A DNA stretch of 64,000 bases from Styela clava (taxonomy: Eukaryota), in contig NC_135262.1 of NCBI RefSeq assembly GCF_964204865.1, positions 7,502,001 to 7,566,000 of the forward strand. The letters run 5' to 3'. The first letter of the stretch is position 1, and every line of letters begins with the position of its first letter. Positions 1 through 12,300 of this stretch are shown one piece after another. The notes under the pieces were generated by a model. The model was not told where the DNA came from. It made no database searches and saw nothing but the letters and a program-made list of their open reading frames with translations. The position numbers were made by a program, and so were the translations under genes.

Positions 1-548
1 TCGACGACTGGTGATCGTACGTGAGGACGTGATTGGCGATATGATGAAGCCACCTCTTCCTTGGGGAGAATTTGATAACCCCATCATTTAGTAACTAATG
101 CATGTATGATGTGGAACAGGAAGAGAGAGGTTTATTGTTTCGTCAACTAGAAAACAAAAAAGTTAAGTCGGTTTAGACTTTAGGGAGCGTTGCAACCACA
201 CGGTAACCGCGGGGGGTGGCGCGACCCTTCTTCAACTGCCAATGTTTTCCGTTTTATATTTATTTTATTGATATTTATGTGTATCATCTCTCATATTGAT
301 TCTTGCATGAAAGAAATGAAACATCTTATGTCCGTCCGTTCATAAGGTAAGGTGAGCTTCGGAGTATGGAGATACCGGTATACCTTTCACTAATCACGCG
401 ATGGCGTGAATGATTTTCTTATTTTGTTTTGGTAGATTTTGGCGGACAACACTAAAAGGCTGGAGGAAGAAACGGATGAAGTGGAGGGAAAACGGAAGTT
501 GAAGTGTTCCCAAAGGTGAAAAATTAAAAAACACTAAAAGGCTGAACA

Positions 549-970
549 CTAAAAGGAAGAAGTGGATGAAATTTCTTCCGACGGGTAGTTAGTTAGGTGG
601 CTGAAGTCACTAAAAAGCTGAACACTAAAAGGAAGAGGTGGATGAAATATTTTCCGACGAATAATGAGGTGGTTGAAGTCACTAAAAAGCTGAACACTAA
701 AAAGAAGAAGTGGATGAAATTTCTTCCGACGAATAATGAGGTGGTTGAAGTCACTAAAAAGCTGAACACTAAAAGGAAGAAGTGGATGAAATTTCTTCCG
801 ACGAATAATGAGGTGGTTGAAGTCACTAAAAAGCTGAACACTAAAAGGAAGAAGTGGATGAAATTTTTTCCGACGAATAATAAGGTGATTGACGTCACTA
901 AAAAGCTGAACACTAAAAGGAAGAAGTGGATGAAATTTTTTCCGACGAATATTGAGGTGGTCGAAGTCAC
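549..970 (-). repeat. Left arm array, ~6 units of a 72-bp tandem repeat
   Basis: Reverse complement of the unit in 3195-6030; 24-aa periodicity in the ORF track. Confidence 0.95.
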
Positions 971-1835
971 TGCGTGAATTCACGATTGCGTGAATAAAGA
1001 ATGTTGATTTAAAATCTGAAATAAAGGCATTTCTACGTTGTCGTTTGGCAGCACTCTTGAACGATATTTTACATACGCGACCTGATACCAAAAAAATTGT
1101 AAACAATTTTGTGTCCAAGTGCTTTTCGTACCTAGTAGAAGGGAAGACGCTAATTATAATTAATCACCTCAAGTCACCATTTATTTTACAACAAATCAAT
1201 ACCCCGACCAATATCATAGCTAATATCGTTACCGGGAAATTCATAATTTTATTTACGGAATTTGCAAATTCAACACTCCAAAAAAAACGTCTTTGTAACT
1301 CTTAATTTCCGAAAATGATTTTCTATTCGGGTCATGCATGCGGAGGCTAATAACATCTTTAAAATCTGGTAACTTTATTTTAGATATCTTATTTGGGTTG
1401 ACGTTTCTACATTTACGGACTAGTGTCGGCACGCTTTTTGCATAATAACAGTGGAAGCCGAGGGTGAATTCTCGCGTAATCCAAGCGATCGATTTACCGG
1501 CGTGAATTCCGTGCCCAAGCAAAGCGGTACAGATTATGTGGTATTGTACATACGAATAGTAAAATGGCATTCGAATATTTTAATATTGTATTCGCTATTC
1601 GAATATTTTGCACAGCCCTAGACCGGCCATGCTTAAAAACTCATTTCGCAAAGATAGGTAGTGGAAAATGATAGCAAGATTGGAAGCGGTTGTGAACCGC
1701 GCTTTGTGAAATTTATATAAATCCATCGGACGGTTAAATATCAGTTATGACGTCATAATACTGCAAAAAAGCAATTCTCTGCGGAACACCCGGAGGTCTC
1801 TCGCGGAACACCGGTTGAAAATCAATGATCTATAG

Positions 1836-2176
1836 CAGTGGCCGGCAACCTTTTTTCAGTAACGGACCGGTAAAGCCTGACCAAAATTTTGGCGGACCAC
1901 CTTTATACAAACGAACTAATCTAATGTAATAAATAATATGCGTTAGAAAATGTATGTTGACAATACATTCAAAAACGAAGGTGATACTATTCACGTAACG
2001 TATTTCTTACGTTAAACCCACTTCGATCTTTCGTTTTTGTAATTGCCATTTTAAAAACCCAACCTCACATGAAGATAACAATGGCATTGTACGTTTTCAT
2101 GTCACCTTTCTGCGGACCGGTAGTGACCTTTCCGCAGACCGGCGATGGGCCGCGGCCCGGTGGTTGCCGACTACTG
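1836..2176. mobile_element. hAT (Buster/Charlie-like) MITE nested in the Foldback loop
   Basis: TIRs CAGTGGCCGGCAACC / GGTTGCCGACTACTG; perfect 8-bp TSD ATCTATAG (1828-1835, 2177-2184). Confidence 0.9.
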
Positions 2177-3194
2177 ATCTATAGTATATGAAGGAATTTG
2201 CATACAATAAACAATGGAATAACTGTTATCTACAACATGACTATATTACCATGCATTTCATGTTTGCAGATTACTGCGATATATTTTTATATACCATGAG
2301 TTACGTCATCAGAATTAAATTAATACGGCAAGCATTTAAAATAGTGCTATCGGTCATAGATTTGAACATTTTGCGCAACACAAAATCATCCTAGTAAAAG
2401 TCCATACTTTTAAATACCAACCATTATCCAAATTATTTGCCAAAAAGCGGGATAAAGTATAAATTATATTTCTGACTTGCGACAATTTTTTCGTGAGTAC
2501 GTAAATACGAATGGATTTTTTTTATATTCGGGCACTTCAATGTCCGCATATATATCTTTTATTATTTTATAAATACGAAAATATGTATCAAGAATTAATT
2601 ATAATCGGGCAGTTTACCACACATTTTAAGTCCATGGATCGCCGTTGTATTTTGTAAATACGAAAATAGGAATCAAAAATTAATAATAATTGCCGTGATT
2701 AATAATAGATTGCCGTGATATTGTGCCCGAATATAACTTATTTTTGATTCCGTATTTCATTCCTTGAACTTAATATCTGTTTTTATAAATTTTGCAAGCA
2801 GTTCACGCACGAAGACTTTGAATAATGATGTATTAGTCAAATCGAAGTCCTGTTAGACCACTGGTTCTCAACCAATGGGCCATGGGCCACTGGTAAGCCT
2901 CAGAGGCATTTTGAGGTGGGCCACAAACATATTATAAATTACAAGGTTTGTTGATCTAGAACAGCTAGATATGAAAATATATATATATTAATTTGTTTGC
3001 ACATTACATCAAAATTAAAAAGAATATAACGAGAATGTCATGGCCTTCAATTCGCCAGGCTCGAACTGAGCATAACATATAAAAAATTAACAAAAAACGA
3101 ATCCACGAGGACATTGTCTCATAAATACGAACAGAACAAACATTGAATTACCCAATTCCTAATATATTAAATTTTCACGTATTCCTCACTATCC

Positions 3195-6030
3195 ATCGGA
3201 AGAAATTTCATCCACTTCTTCCTTTTAGTGTTCATCTTATTAGTGACTTCAACCACCTCATTATTCGCCGGAAGAAATTTCATTCACTTCTTCCTTTTAC
3301 TGTTCATCTTTTTAGTGACTTCAACCACCTCATTATTCGTCGGAAGAAACTTTATTCACTTCTTCCTTTTAGTGTACAGTTTTTAGTGACTTCAACCACC
3401 TCATTATTCGTCGGAAATTTTTTTATCCACTTCTCCCTTTTAGTGTTCAGCTTTTTAGTGACTTCAACCACCTCATCAATCGTCGGAATAAATTTTATCC
3501 ACTTCTTCTTTTTAGTGTTCAGCTTTTTAGTGACTTCGACCACCTCATTATTCGTCGAAAAAAATTTCATCCACTCCTTCCTTTTAGTGTTCAGCTTTTT
3601 AGTGACGTCAATCACCTTATTATTCGTCGGAAAAAATTTCATCCACTTCTTCCTTTTAGTGTTCAGCTTTATAGTGACTTCAACCACCTCATTATTCGTC
3701 GGAAGAAATTTCATCCACTTTTTCCTTTTAGTGTTCAGCTTTTTTGTGACTTCAACCACCTCATTATTCGTCGGAAAAAATTTCATTCACCTCTTCCTTT
3801 TAGTGTTCAGCTTTTTAGTGACTTCAGCCACCTAACTACCCGTCGGAAGAAATTTCATCCACTTCTTCCTTTTAGTGTTTTTAGTGACTTCAACCACCTC
3901 ATTATTCGTCGGAAATTTTTTTATCCACTTCTCCCTTTTAGTGTTCAGCTTTCTAGTGACTTCAACCACCTCACCACCCGTCGGAAGAAATTCCATCCAC
4001 TTCTTCTTTTTAGTGTTCATTTTTTTTGTGACTTCATCCACCTCACCAGCCGTCGGAAGAAATTTCATCCACTTCTTCCTTTTAGTGTTCATCTTTTCAG
4101 TGACTTCAACCACCTCATTATTCGTCGGAATAAATTTCCTCCACTTCTTCCTTTTAGTGTTCAACTTTTTAGTGACTTCAACCACCTCATTATTCGTCGG
4201 AAGAAATTTCATCCACTTCTTCCTTTTAGTGTTCAACTTTTTAGTGACTTCAACCACCTCATTATTCGTCGGAAGAAATTTCATTCACTTCTTCCTTTTA
4301 GTGTTCAGCTTTTTAGTGACTTCAACCACCTCATTATTCGTCGGAAGGTAATTTCATCCACTTCTTCTTTTTAGTGTTCAGCTTTTTAGTGACTTCAACC
4401 ACCTCATTATTCGTCGGAGGAAATTTCATCCACTTCTTCCTTTTAGTGTTCAGCTTTTTAGTGACTTCAACCACCTCATTATTCGTCGGAAGAAATTTCA
4501 TCCACTTCTTCCTTTTAGTGTTCAGCTTTTTAGTGACTTCAACCACCTCATTATTCGTCGGAAAAAATTTCATCCACCTATTCTTTTTAGTGTTCAGCTT
4601 TTAAGTGACTTCAACCACCTCATTATTCGTCGGAAGAAATTTCATCCACTTCTTCCTTTTAGTGTTCAGCTTTTTAGTGACTTCAACCACCTCATTATTC
4701 GTCGGAAGAAATTTCATCCACTTCTTCCTTTTAGTGTTCAGCTTTTTAGTGACTTTAACCACCTCATTATTCGTCGGAAGGTAATTTCATCCACTTCTTC
4801 CTTTTAGTGTTCAGCTTTTTAGTGACTTCAACCACCTCATTATTCGTCGGAAGAAATTTCATCCACTTCTTCCTTTTAGTGTTCAGCTTTTTAGTGACTT
4901 CAACCACCTCATTATTCGTCGGAAGAAATTTCATCCACTTCTTCCTTTTAGTGTTCAGCTTTTTAGTGACTTTAACCACCTCATTATTCGTCGGAAAAAA
5001 TTTCATCCACCTATTCTTTTTAGTGTTCAGCTTTTTAGTGACTTCAACCACCTCATTATTCGTCGGAAGAAATTTCATCCACTTCTTCCTTTTAGTGTTC
5101 AGCTTTTTAGTGACTTCAACCACCTCATTATTCGTCGGAAGAAATTTCATCCACTTCTTCCTTTTAGTGTTCAGCTTTTTAGTGACTTTAACCACCTCAT
5201 TATTCGTCGGAAGAAATTTCATCCACTTCTTCCTTTTAGTGTTCAGCTTTTTAGTGACTTTAACCACCTCATTATTCGTCGGAAGAAATTTCATCCACTT
5301 CTTCCTTTTAGTGTTCAGCTTTTTAGTGACTTCAACCACCTCATTATTCGTCGGAAGAAATTTCATCCACTTCTTCCTTTTAGTGTTCAGCTTTTTAGTG
5401 ACTTCAACCACCTCATTATTCGTCGGAAGAAATTTCATCCACTTCTTCCTTTTAGTGTTCAGCTTTTTAGTGACTTCAACCACATCATTATTCGTCGGAA
5501 GAAATTTCATCCACTTCTTCCTTTTAGTGTTCAGCTTTTTAGTGACTTCAACCACCTCATTATTCGTCGGAAAAAATTTCATCCACTTCTTCTTTTTAGT
5601 GTTCAGCTTTTTAGTGACTTCAACCCCCTCATTATTCGTCGGAAGAAATTTCATCCACTTCTTCCTTTTAGTGTTCAGCTTTTTAGTGACTTCAACCACC
5701 TCATTATTCGTCGGAAGAAATTTCATCCACTTCTTCCTTTTAGTGTTCAGCTTTTTAGTGACTTCAACCACCTCATTATTCGTCGGAAGAAATTTCATCC
5801 ACTTCTTCTTTTTAGTGTTCAGCTTTTTAGTACTTCAACCCCCTCATTATTCGTCGGAAGAAATTTCATCCACCCCTTCCTTTTAGTGTTCAGCTTTTCA
5901 GTGACTTCAACCACCTCATTATTCATCGGAAGAAATTTCATCCACTTCTTCCTTTTAGTGTTCAGCTTTTTAGTGACTTCAGCCACCTAACTACCCGTCG
6001 GAAGAAATTTCATCCACTTCTTCCTTTTAG
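3195..6030 (+). repeat. Right arm array, ~39 units of a 72-bp tandem repeat
   Basis: Unit TAGTGACTTCAACCACCTCATTATTCGTCGGAAGAAATTTCATCCACTTCTTCCTTTTAGTGTTCAGCTTTT repeated head to tail; most homogeneous from ~4100 to 5900. Confidence 0.97.
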
Positions 6031-6137
6031 TGTTCAGCCTTTTAGTGTTTTTTAATTTTTCACCTTTGGGAACACTTCAACTTCCGTTTTCCCTCCACTT
6101 CATCCGTTTCTTCCTTCAGCCTTTTAGTGTTGTCCGA

Positions 6138-6156
6138 TTTTGGCGGGAATTTTCAA
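6138..6156 (+). promoter_or_regulatory. Candidate E2F site (TTTTGGCGGGAA) with an adjacent CHR-like hexamer upstream of DTYMK
   Basis: Matches the E2F consensus; GGCGG-N4-TTTCAA has CDE/CHR spacing with one mismatch to TTTGAA. It lies upstream of an S-phase gene. Function is inferred. Confidence 0.4.
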
Positions 6157-6946
6157 TTACAAAAACTGGACAGGTTATTTTGTGGTATCCCAAGTTAGAA
6201 AAGTTAATTTAGAAAACACTGTTGGACTACAAAACTCACATTTATTAAAATTTATTTTCCGGTTAATTTGTAATTATTAGATACCGGTATTAAAACTTGT
6301 CACGAAAATTTGGTTAAACATTCAAATTCCTATCGCAAAAATGGGTAATCATACAGTTAACTTACAGACTCCAGAACATTTTTATTTTCAGTAATTTTAT
6401 AGCTTCGTGTTGGGTCTAACTTCCAGTCGTTGTGCAATAGGCTAGTACCGGTAGTCAGAGCACTAGGTTCAGAGAAAAAAATACTCACAACACAGCTATA
6501 TGTGTCTGTGTGTTAAATCCAATGATCCACTAGGCATAGCATGTGACTTTCAGGAGAAACACATAACACCCAATCTGCCAATAGCCTAATGCTGTAGGCT
6601 ACCGCAGTGTAATGGAACTGAAGGCAGGGAGTGAGACAATCATTATACCAGTACTAAAAATATTACAAATATTAAAAACACTACAGTCAGACAGTATAAA
6701 TTTCATCCCACTGTTTGGGTACCGTACCGGTACCGGTACTGAAATTGTGCATCTTTGTTTTAATAACAAACTAATTCTGATATTACACACTTCACAAGTC
6801 TGCATGTGGAACAGCATTGTAGAATTTGGAAGGCGTTCAATATAATGATCAATATAGTTATCCCTTCTTTCTAAGACTCCTGGTAGTACTGTAGTAATAG
6901 GTACGGTAGTAGTAGTATACTTTGTATACCACACAATCACAATGCG

Positions 6947-7452
6947 TAGGCTTACCATACGTCCCGGTTTAGCCGGGACAGTCCCGGTTTTAGCGTGTTT
7001 TCCACCGTCCCGGCGATGGACTCAAATGTCCCGGTTTTGCAGTATGACAGTCATAAATAACTTTTCTATTTGATACTATTACAAAATTGCTTTTTTTTCA
7101 ACGGACGCAGCCGATTTACCACTGATTTGCGTCTCACTCACTAGTTCAGATAGAGAGAAAATTGTTATGACATGACGTATGAAACATATATATAATATAA
7201 CATCCAAGTGTACTGTCGTTGAATCATCAAAATGTCGAAAACAAAGTGCAAGTTTTCTAATGAGTTGAACAATTTTCCAAAGACCAATAGAGGATTTTTC
7301 AATATAATTCACAGCTAATTTTGGTCCCTATAATATGCCCACAATGGTATGGTAAACGATCAGAGTATTACTAAACCCCTAGAATCAAACCAAAGTTGGC
7401 TTGTCCTATCCGCTTCGTCCCGGTTTTTTGTTTCAGAAATATGGCAAGCCTA
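6947..7452. mobile_element. hAT MITE inserted at the DTYMK start codon
   Basis: TIRs TAGGCTTACCATA / TATGGCAAGCCTA; subterminal GTCCCGG repeats; perfect 8-bp TSD ACAATGCG (6939-6946, 7453-7460). Confidence 0.92.
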
Positions 7453-7455
7453 ACA

Positions 7456-8094
7456 ATGCGACCAATATCTCGTGGAGCGTTAATTGTTGTTGAAGGTATC
7501 GACAGAACTGGAAAATCAACACAATGCGATCTTCTGGTAAAATCGCTACAAAAACGAGGCCAATCAGCGAAGCTAATGAAATTTCCAGACCGGTCGACAA
7601 CCATTGGTGAAATGATTGATTCCTATTTGAAAAAAGGATGCGATCTTGATGACCATGCTATACATTTATTATTCTCCGCTAATCGCTGGGAAGCAAATGA
7701 GACTATGAAAAAGGATCTTCTCAATGGTACAACGCTTGTCATTGATCGTTATGCTTTTTCTGGAGTTGCTTACAGCTCAGCGAAAAAAGGAATGGATATA
7801 GAATGGTGTAAAAAATCTGACGTTGGATTACCAGAACCAGACGTCGTCATGTTTCTAAATCTTAAAGCAGAGGAAGCCCAACGTCGTTCTGGATTTGGAG
7901 AAGAACGTTATGAAGAAAGAGATTTTCAAAAACGGGTTGTGAATAATTTTATGACGCTTAGTAATGCAGGAGGTCACTGGGTGCACGTTGACGCTGGCGG
8001 CACAATTGAGGATGTTAGTAAAACAATGAGTGAAATTGCCCAAATAACAATTGATCAGGCTAAAAATTCAGAAATCAAGAAATTATGGGTTTAA
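7456..8094 (+). CDS. DTYMK: Thymidylate kinase (dTMP kinase), intronless, 212 aa
   Basis: RGALIVVEGIDRTGKSTQ P-loop, FPDRST, HLLFSANRWE, DRYAFSGVAYS, GLPEPD and FGEERYE are typical of eukaryotic TMPK. Length from the ATG at 7456 fits the family. Confidence 0.95.
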   Translation: MRPISRGALIVVEGIDRTGKSTQCDLLVKSLQKRGQSAKLMKFPDRSTTIGEMIDSYLKKGCDLDDHAIHLLFSANRWEANETMKKDLLNGTTLVIDRYAFSGVAYSSAKKGMDIEWCKKSDVGLPEPDVVMFLNLKAEEAQRRSGFGEERYEERDFQKRVVNNFMTLSNAGGHWVHVDAGGTIEDVSKTMSEIAQITIDQAKNSEIKKLWV

Positions 8095-9354
8095 TAAGTA
8101 ATATTTTAGTGTTTTTTTTCATAAAATTGTGTGCATATTCTGTTTGATGGCAATTAACGAAGCTGCGTAACAATATGTCGCATTTGTTCGACAACCATTC
8201 TGAATTGCTAATTTTCTGTAGTGCCATGTCCAATGTTGTCATTGAGATTCACATTTTACACAGACGTTAAAAAAATTTCAAATGCATGGTATATATGGCA
8301 GACGTTGAAAAAAAATTTCAAATGCATGGTATATATGGCTGATTAGGGTAGCTGTTCCAAACTACTGAACTATTTATTTTTTTGTTGTTTCCTATGTTAC
8401 ATCACACTTTCACAATTTCTTTCTTTATTATTTCATCTGGCCGAAGTCAGACGTCTTCAGACAAGCAATTTATAACATAAGTTTTTACAACCTCCTCACA
8501 TAATGTTTTATTGTACCCAAAGTGCCATGTTTGGGCTCACTAGTTCATGTTATATGAATTGACTAAATATCTTTCATACTTCACTACAAGGGTCAAATAA
8601 TGTTAAAAAGGTAAATGGTAAAATTATATCACAAAAATAGCCAAAATAACTAAACATAGAATTTCAATTTGTGGTTTTCACTGAATGGCCACAAAGACAA
8701 CAGTGACAACTTCTCTTAGTAAGCACTTATCAATGATCATTATTTTTGTGATTTTCTTTAATTTTTCTTCTCTGCAACTACCGAGAACATTTTTTTTAAA
8801 TAAGACAGTGACAGTGATAACGGATAGAAATACTCTTTCGGATAAGTTTATTTCTATTAAAGAATTTATTCATTAAATCATTGTTAGAATTGTAACAATC
8901 ATGTGCTAAGTTCCATTCAATTAATATATTGTAATCTCAGAATTCAGATTTTCTTCCCTGGATTTAAATAACATACGGATTAAAGGGGAGACTCCAAACT
9001 TCGAGTCTTTTAAAAGAGTCTCGTCCTCTTATTGACAAAAATTGACTCAAAGTTGAAGGATTTCTATTCATACTTTAGATCTAAATTTGAAGAAAACCTG
9101 CTGTAATTTCGCTTACAAAATATTAATTAGCAATTGAAAGCTTTCTGTTGAGAATGCATAGTTACCTCGAACCTTTTTTAATTATTGTTGAAACTTATCG
9201 ACGAACAAATTGTCACAGAATAGGTCAGATTGGTCAAAATAGGGACAAATAACTGTTTATGTATCATTTTTGTGTAATTCTTGTATGTGTCTGCTTGTTT
9301 ATACAATTTAGAATCTTAATCCTAACATATTCCTTACATAAAATCCTTGTTACT

Positions 9355-12300
9355 ATGGATAAACTATCGAATTCTGAAGTTGACAGGGGTGGAGATTGTA
9401 TCAAAATATTTGTTCGTGTTCGTCCAGCGGTTACAGAAACAAACGTTTGCTTGACTGTCAAATCTGAACAAGAAATAATTCTCCAGAATCACTCAAATCC
9501 GAAATTGTATCAATTCGATCACGTCGCCGATCAAGTGACAACTCAGGTGATTAAATGATTGTCAACTTTTTTCGCAATAAATTTATAAATATTTTCGACA
9601 GTGTACAGAAAATAGATTGCAATTAAATTTTGTATAGGCCTACTTATTATAAATGATTAAATTTTTTTTTGCTGTAAATTTTAGGAAACTGTCTTCAGTA
9701 GTGTTGGAAGACAAATTGTTGAAAGTTGCGTAGAAGGCTACAATGGAACCATATTTGCTTAGTGAGTATTGGCATGATGTTCTAGACTGGGACTGAGCTA
9801 ATTGAAAATACCGTAAAGAATTTTTTTTAGATTTGATTTCACCCACCTTATTTTGGATATTTACATTTTAAAACTTTTACTTTATTTCATTATTAATGTT
9901 CCCTTCACGTATTTTCAACAATTTTTCGAATAAAATATACTTTCCCCTCACTATCTGTTATTTGTAGCTTGTTGTCAGCTAGTTATTTTTGGGGTGTGAC
10001 GCGAGACTTGACAAATTCTAAAAAGGGCCTTGGCTTAAAAAGGTTGAGAGCCACTTTTCCAGACCTATACAAACTGTCAATATTTTTTCATACAAAGCCT
10101 TAAAATTAATTTCAATGGTATTCTAATTAAATTAATTTCAAAAAATCGGTGTATTAGTATTTTAGGGAATGTTTTTTTATGTGAAGAAATTTGCCATCGA
10201 CCTATGGAAACTTTGCTGGATTTGTGTTGTTGGTGACACAATTATCATTCTTGGGTAAAAACTGTTTTCTGATTGCAACTAATTGTCCAATTGATTTGAA
10301 GATAGAGAAAGTCGCTAAAAGGCCATTTTGTGTATTTTTTTTCAAATTTCCTCGGAATTTCCCGAGCTCAATGGAACCAGATACTCCACGAAAAGTTTTG
10401 ACGATTTACTTCAATTGAATTGGACTGTTTTTTATTCACAACACTTGATCTTCCAATCTTTGGCGCTCGCATGCATTGCTGTAACAGTACCGATACAAAA
10501 TCTTCTTGTCTATATATTTTAGCGTTTCTCTCTATTTTAACTTCTAGTGGGCAAACTGGATCAGGAAAAACCTACACAATGTTGGGTCCAGGTGAAGATG
10601 CCATGGCAAGCTTTGAACACAGATTGAGAGGAATTATACCAAGAAGTCTGCAATATATGTTTGAACTTATTCAAAGAAAACAAGAAATGGTACGATTATA
10701 TTCGAATAGTTTATAGCAGGTAAATCCTGCTTCATAACATTGTTCCCAGCCTCCCACCCCTTGACTTCATAAAACGTCTTCCTATACTTAACATTTTTGA
10801 TGCTTATTTTAAGTGTGTTTTCAGGAGTCATTTGCAATAACAAACTGGTTTACTTGTTTTATAACCACCATTTTTATTCAGTACATTTCATCTGCCATTG
10901 TTAGTTCAATATCAATCAAACAACAAACATCAATCAATACCCAATACCAATAGTCATGGCTACAGGAGCTTTACAGGCATTGTTACCTTTTTCGACATCG
11001 TATTCATTTGAGGCCGGGTTTTCAATATTGAAACTACAAAAACGAAATATCAAACTAGGCTGTATCAGCTACTGCTTTCCACCATATCTTCAAATTAGGA
11101 ACAGTTGATAGCCAGTAAACAAATACAGATATCGCATTAAATAGCATCACCTTCGTTTTTGAATATATTTTCAACATTAATTTCCTAACGTGTATATTTT
11201 ATCACATAAGCTCAGTTTGTTTGTATAAAGATGGTCCGCCAAAATTTTTCACCTATTGGCCTAGTGGTTGAAGCGTTATAATTGAATATCTTGGCTTCAC
11301 AGGTTAAATCCCATGTCTATTGTCTGCCACCTCACCCTCGGTGTAATTAAATGGTTATGCAATGCTGAACCACAAGTATTCCGCCCTATACTAGCTCCTT
11401 ACCTGGTAGTAGTCTCTTATGTAGAGCCTTGTTCAGAGCAAAATACGTTGTATAAAATGAGATTTTTTTCAACAGCATGGAAAACAATTTGAATGCACAT
11501 GCAGAGCATCGTTTCTTGAGATATACAATGAACAAGTGTTTGATTTACTCGATCCTTCAAGTCCGAAACTTCAGGTTCGAGAATCGAAGAATCGAGGAGT
11601 TTTTGTAGAAGGAATTATTGAAAAATATGTCACAAGTGGCTCAGAAGCTTTCAATGTAAGTATGGTTCGTTACCTTGTCTGAGATCGATCGATCGATTAT
11701 ATACTAGGAATTTTTGTAGAAGGAAATATTGAAAAATGTGTCGCTAGTGGCTCAGAAGCTTTCAATGTAAGTATGGTTGGTTAGTGGTTACCTCGTCTGA
11801 AATCGTAGATTAATCTAAACAGAAGAAGAAAATTAAGGTTAGGATTCAGGTAGAGAAGTAGAGAATAAACTCACACTGGGTATGAATGTTTAAAAAAAAT
11901 TGGGGACAAACAAAAGTGGTCACAAAGTAGAATTATTTATAGTTTGGAATTAAAGGCATATGATATGTTGATATTATCCATGGGCATGACAAGAATCAGG
12001 GTTGTGGAATCAGAGAAAATTTACAATCAGTATTCTTGAAAATTTGACTTCAACTCTCACTCCGGGTTTTTGACTGCAGCTCCAAGCTTGAAAAAATCTA
12101 TTTTTGATAACAAAAACCTTGCTTGGTGTACGCAAGACTTCTTTAATATGCTGTAAATTTAGGACACTTGATGAAATGAGTGTTTTTTTTTTATTTTTTG
12201 TAGAAAATTTTGATACACTTTCAGAATTTCGAAACTTTTTCAGATATTATCAGAAGGTTGGTGTAACAGAAGAGTTGCTTCAACATCAATGAATAGAGAG

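Larger units (their letters stand above)
444..6135. mobile_element. Foldback-type (Mutator/FB-like) non-autonomous DNA transposon with modular inverted arms
   Basis: Ends GGACAACACTAAAAGG... (444) and ...CCTTTTAGTGTTGTCC (6135) are reverse complements over a ~100-bp unique outer domain, followed by inverted 72-bp tandem arrays. Flanked by the 9-bp direct repeat GATTTTGGC (435-443, 6136-6144). No transposase ORF inside. Confidence 0.88.

Noticed and set aside
2-91. Short open frame at the window start (RRLVIVREDVIGDMMKPPLPWGEFDNPII*)
   Set aside because: Too short and unrecognised; it may be the tail of an upstream gene but cannot be supported.
971-1570. Short ORFs in the Foldback loop as a possible transposase remnant
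   Set aside because: No DDE, WRKY/FLYWCH or Zn-finger motif that I can recognise.
549-5886. Long repetitive ORFs on both strands (MKFLPTNNEVVEVTKKLNTKRKKW)n and its antisense
   Set aside because: A by-product of a 72-bp stop-poor unit whose length is a multiple of 3; frames break at indels and the repeats are transposon arms.
3195-6030. CRISPR-like appearance of the regular repeat
   Set aside because: No unique spacers, contiguous units, eukaryotic context and no cas genes.
7396-7455. N-terminal extension of DTYMK in the ORF track
   Set aside because: It starts at TTG and lies within the MITE; homology begins at the ATG at 7456.
8261-8339. 39-bp tandem duplication downstream of DTYMK
   Set aside because: Simple slippage duplicate with no functional signal.
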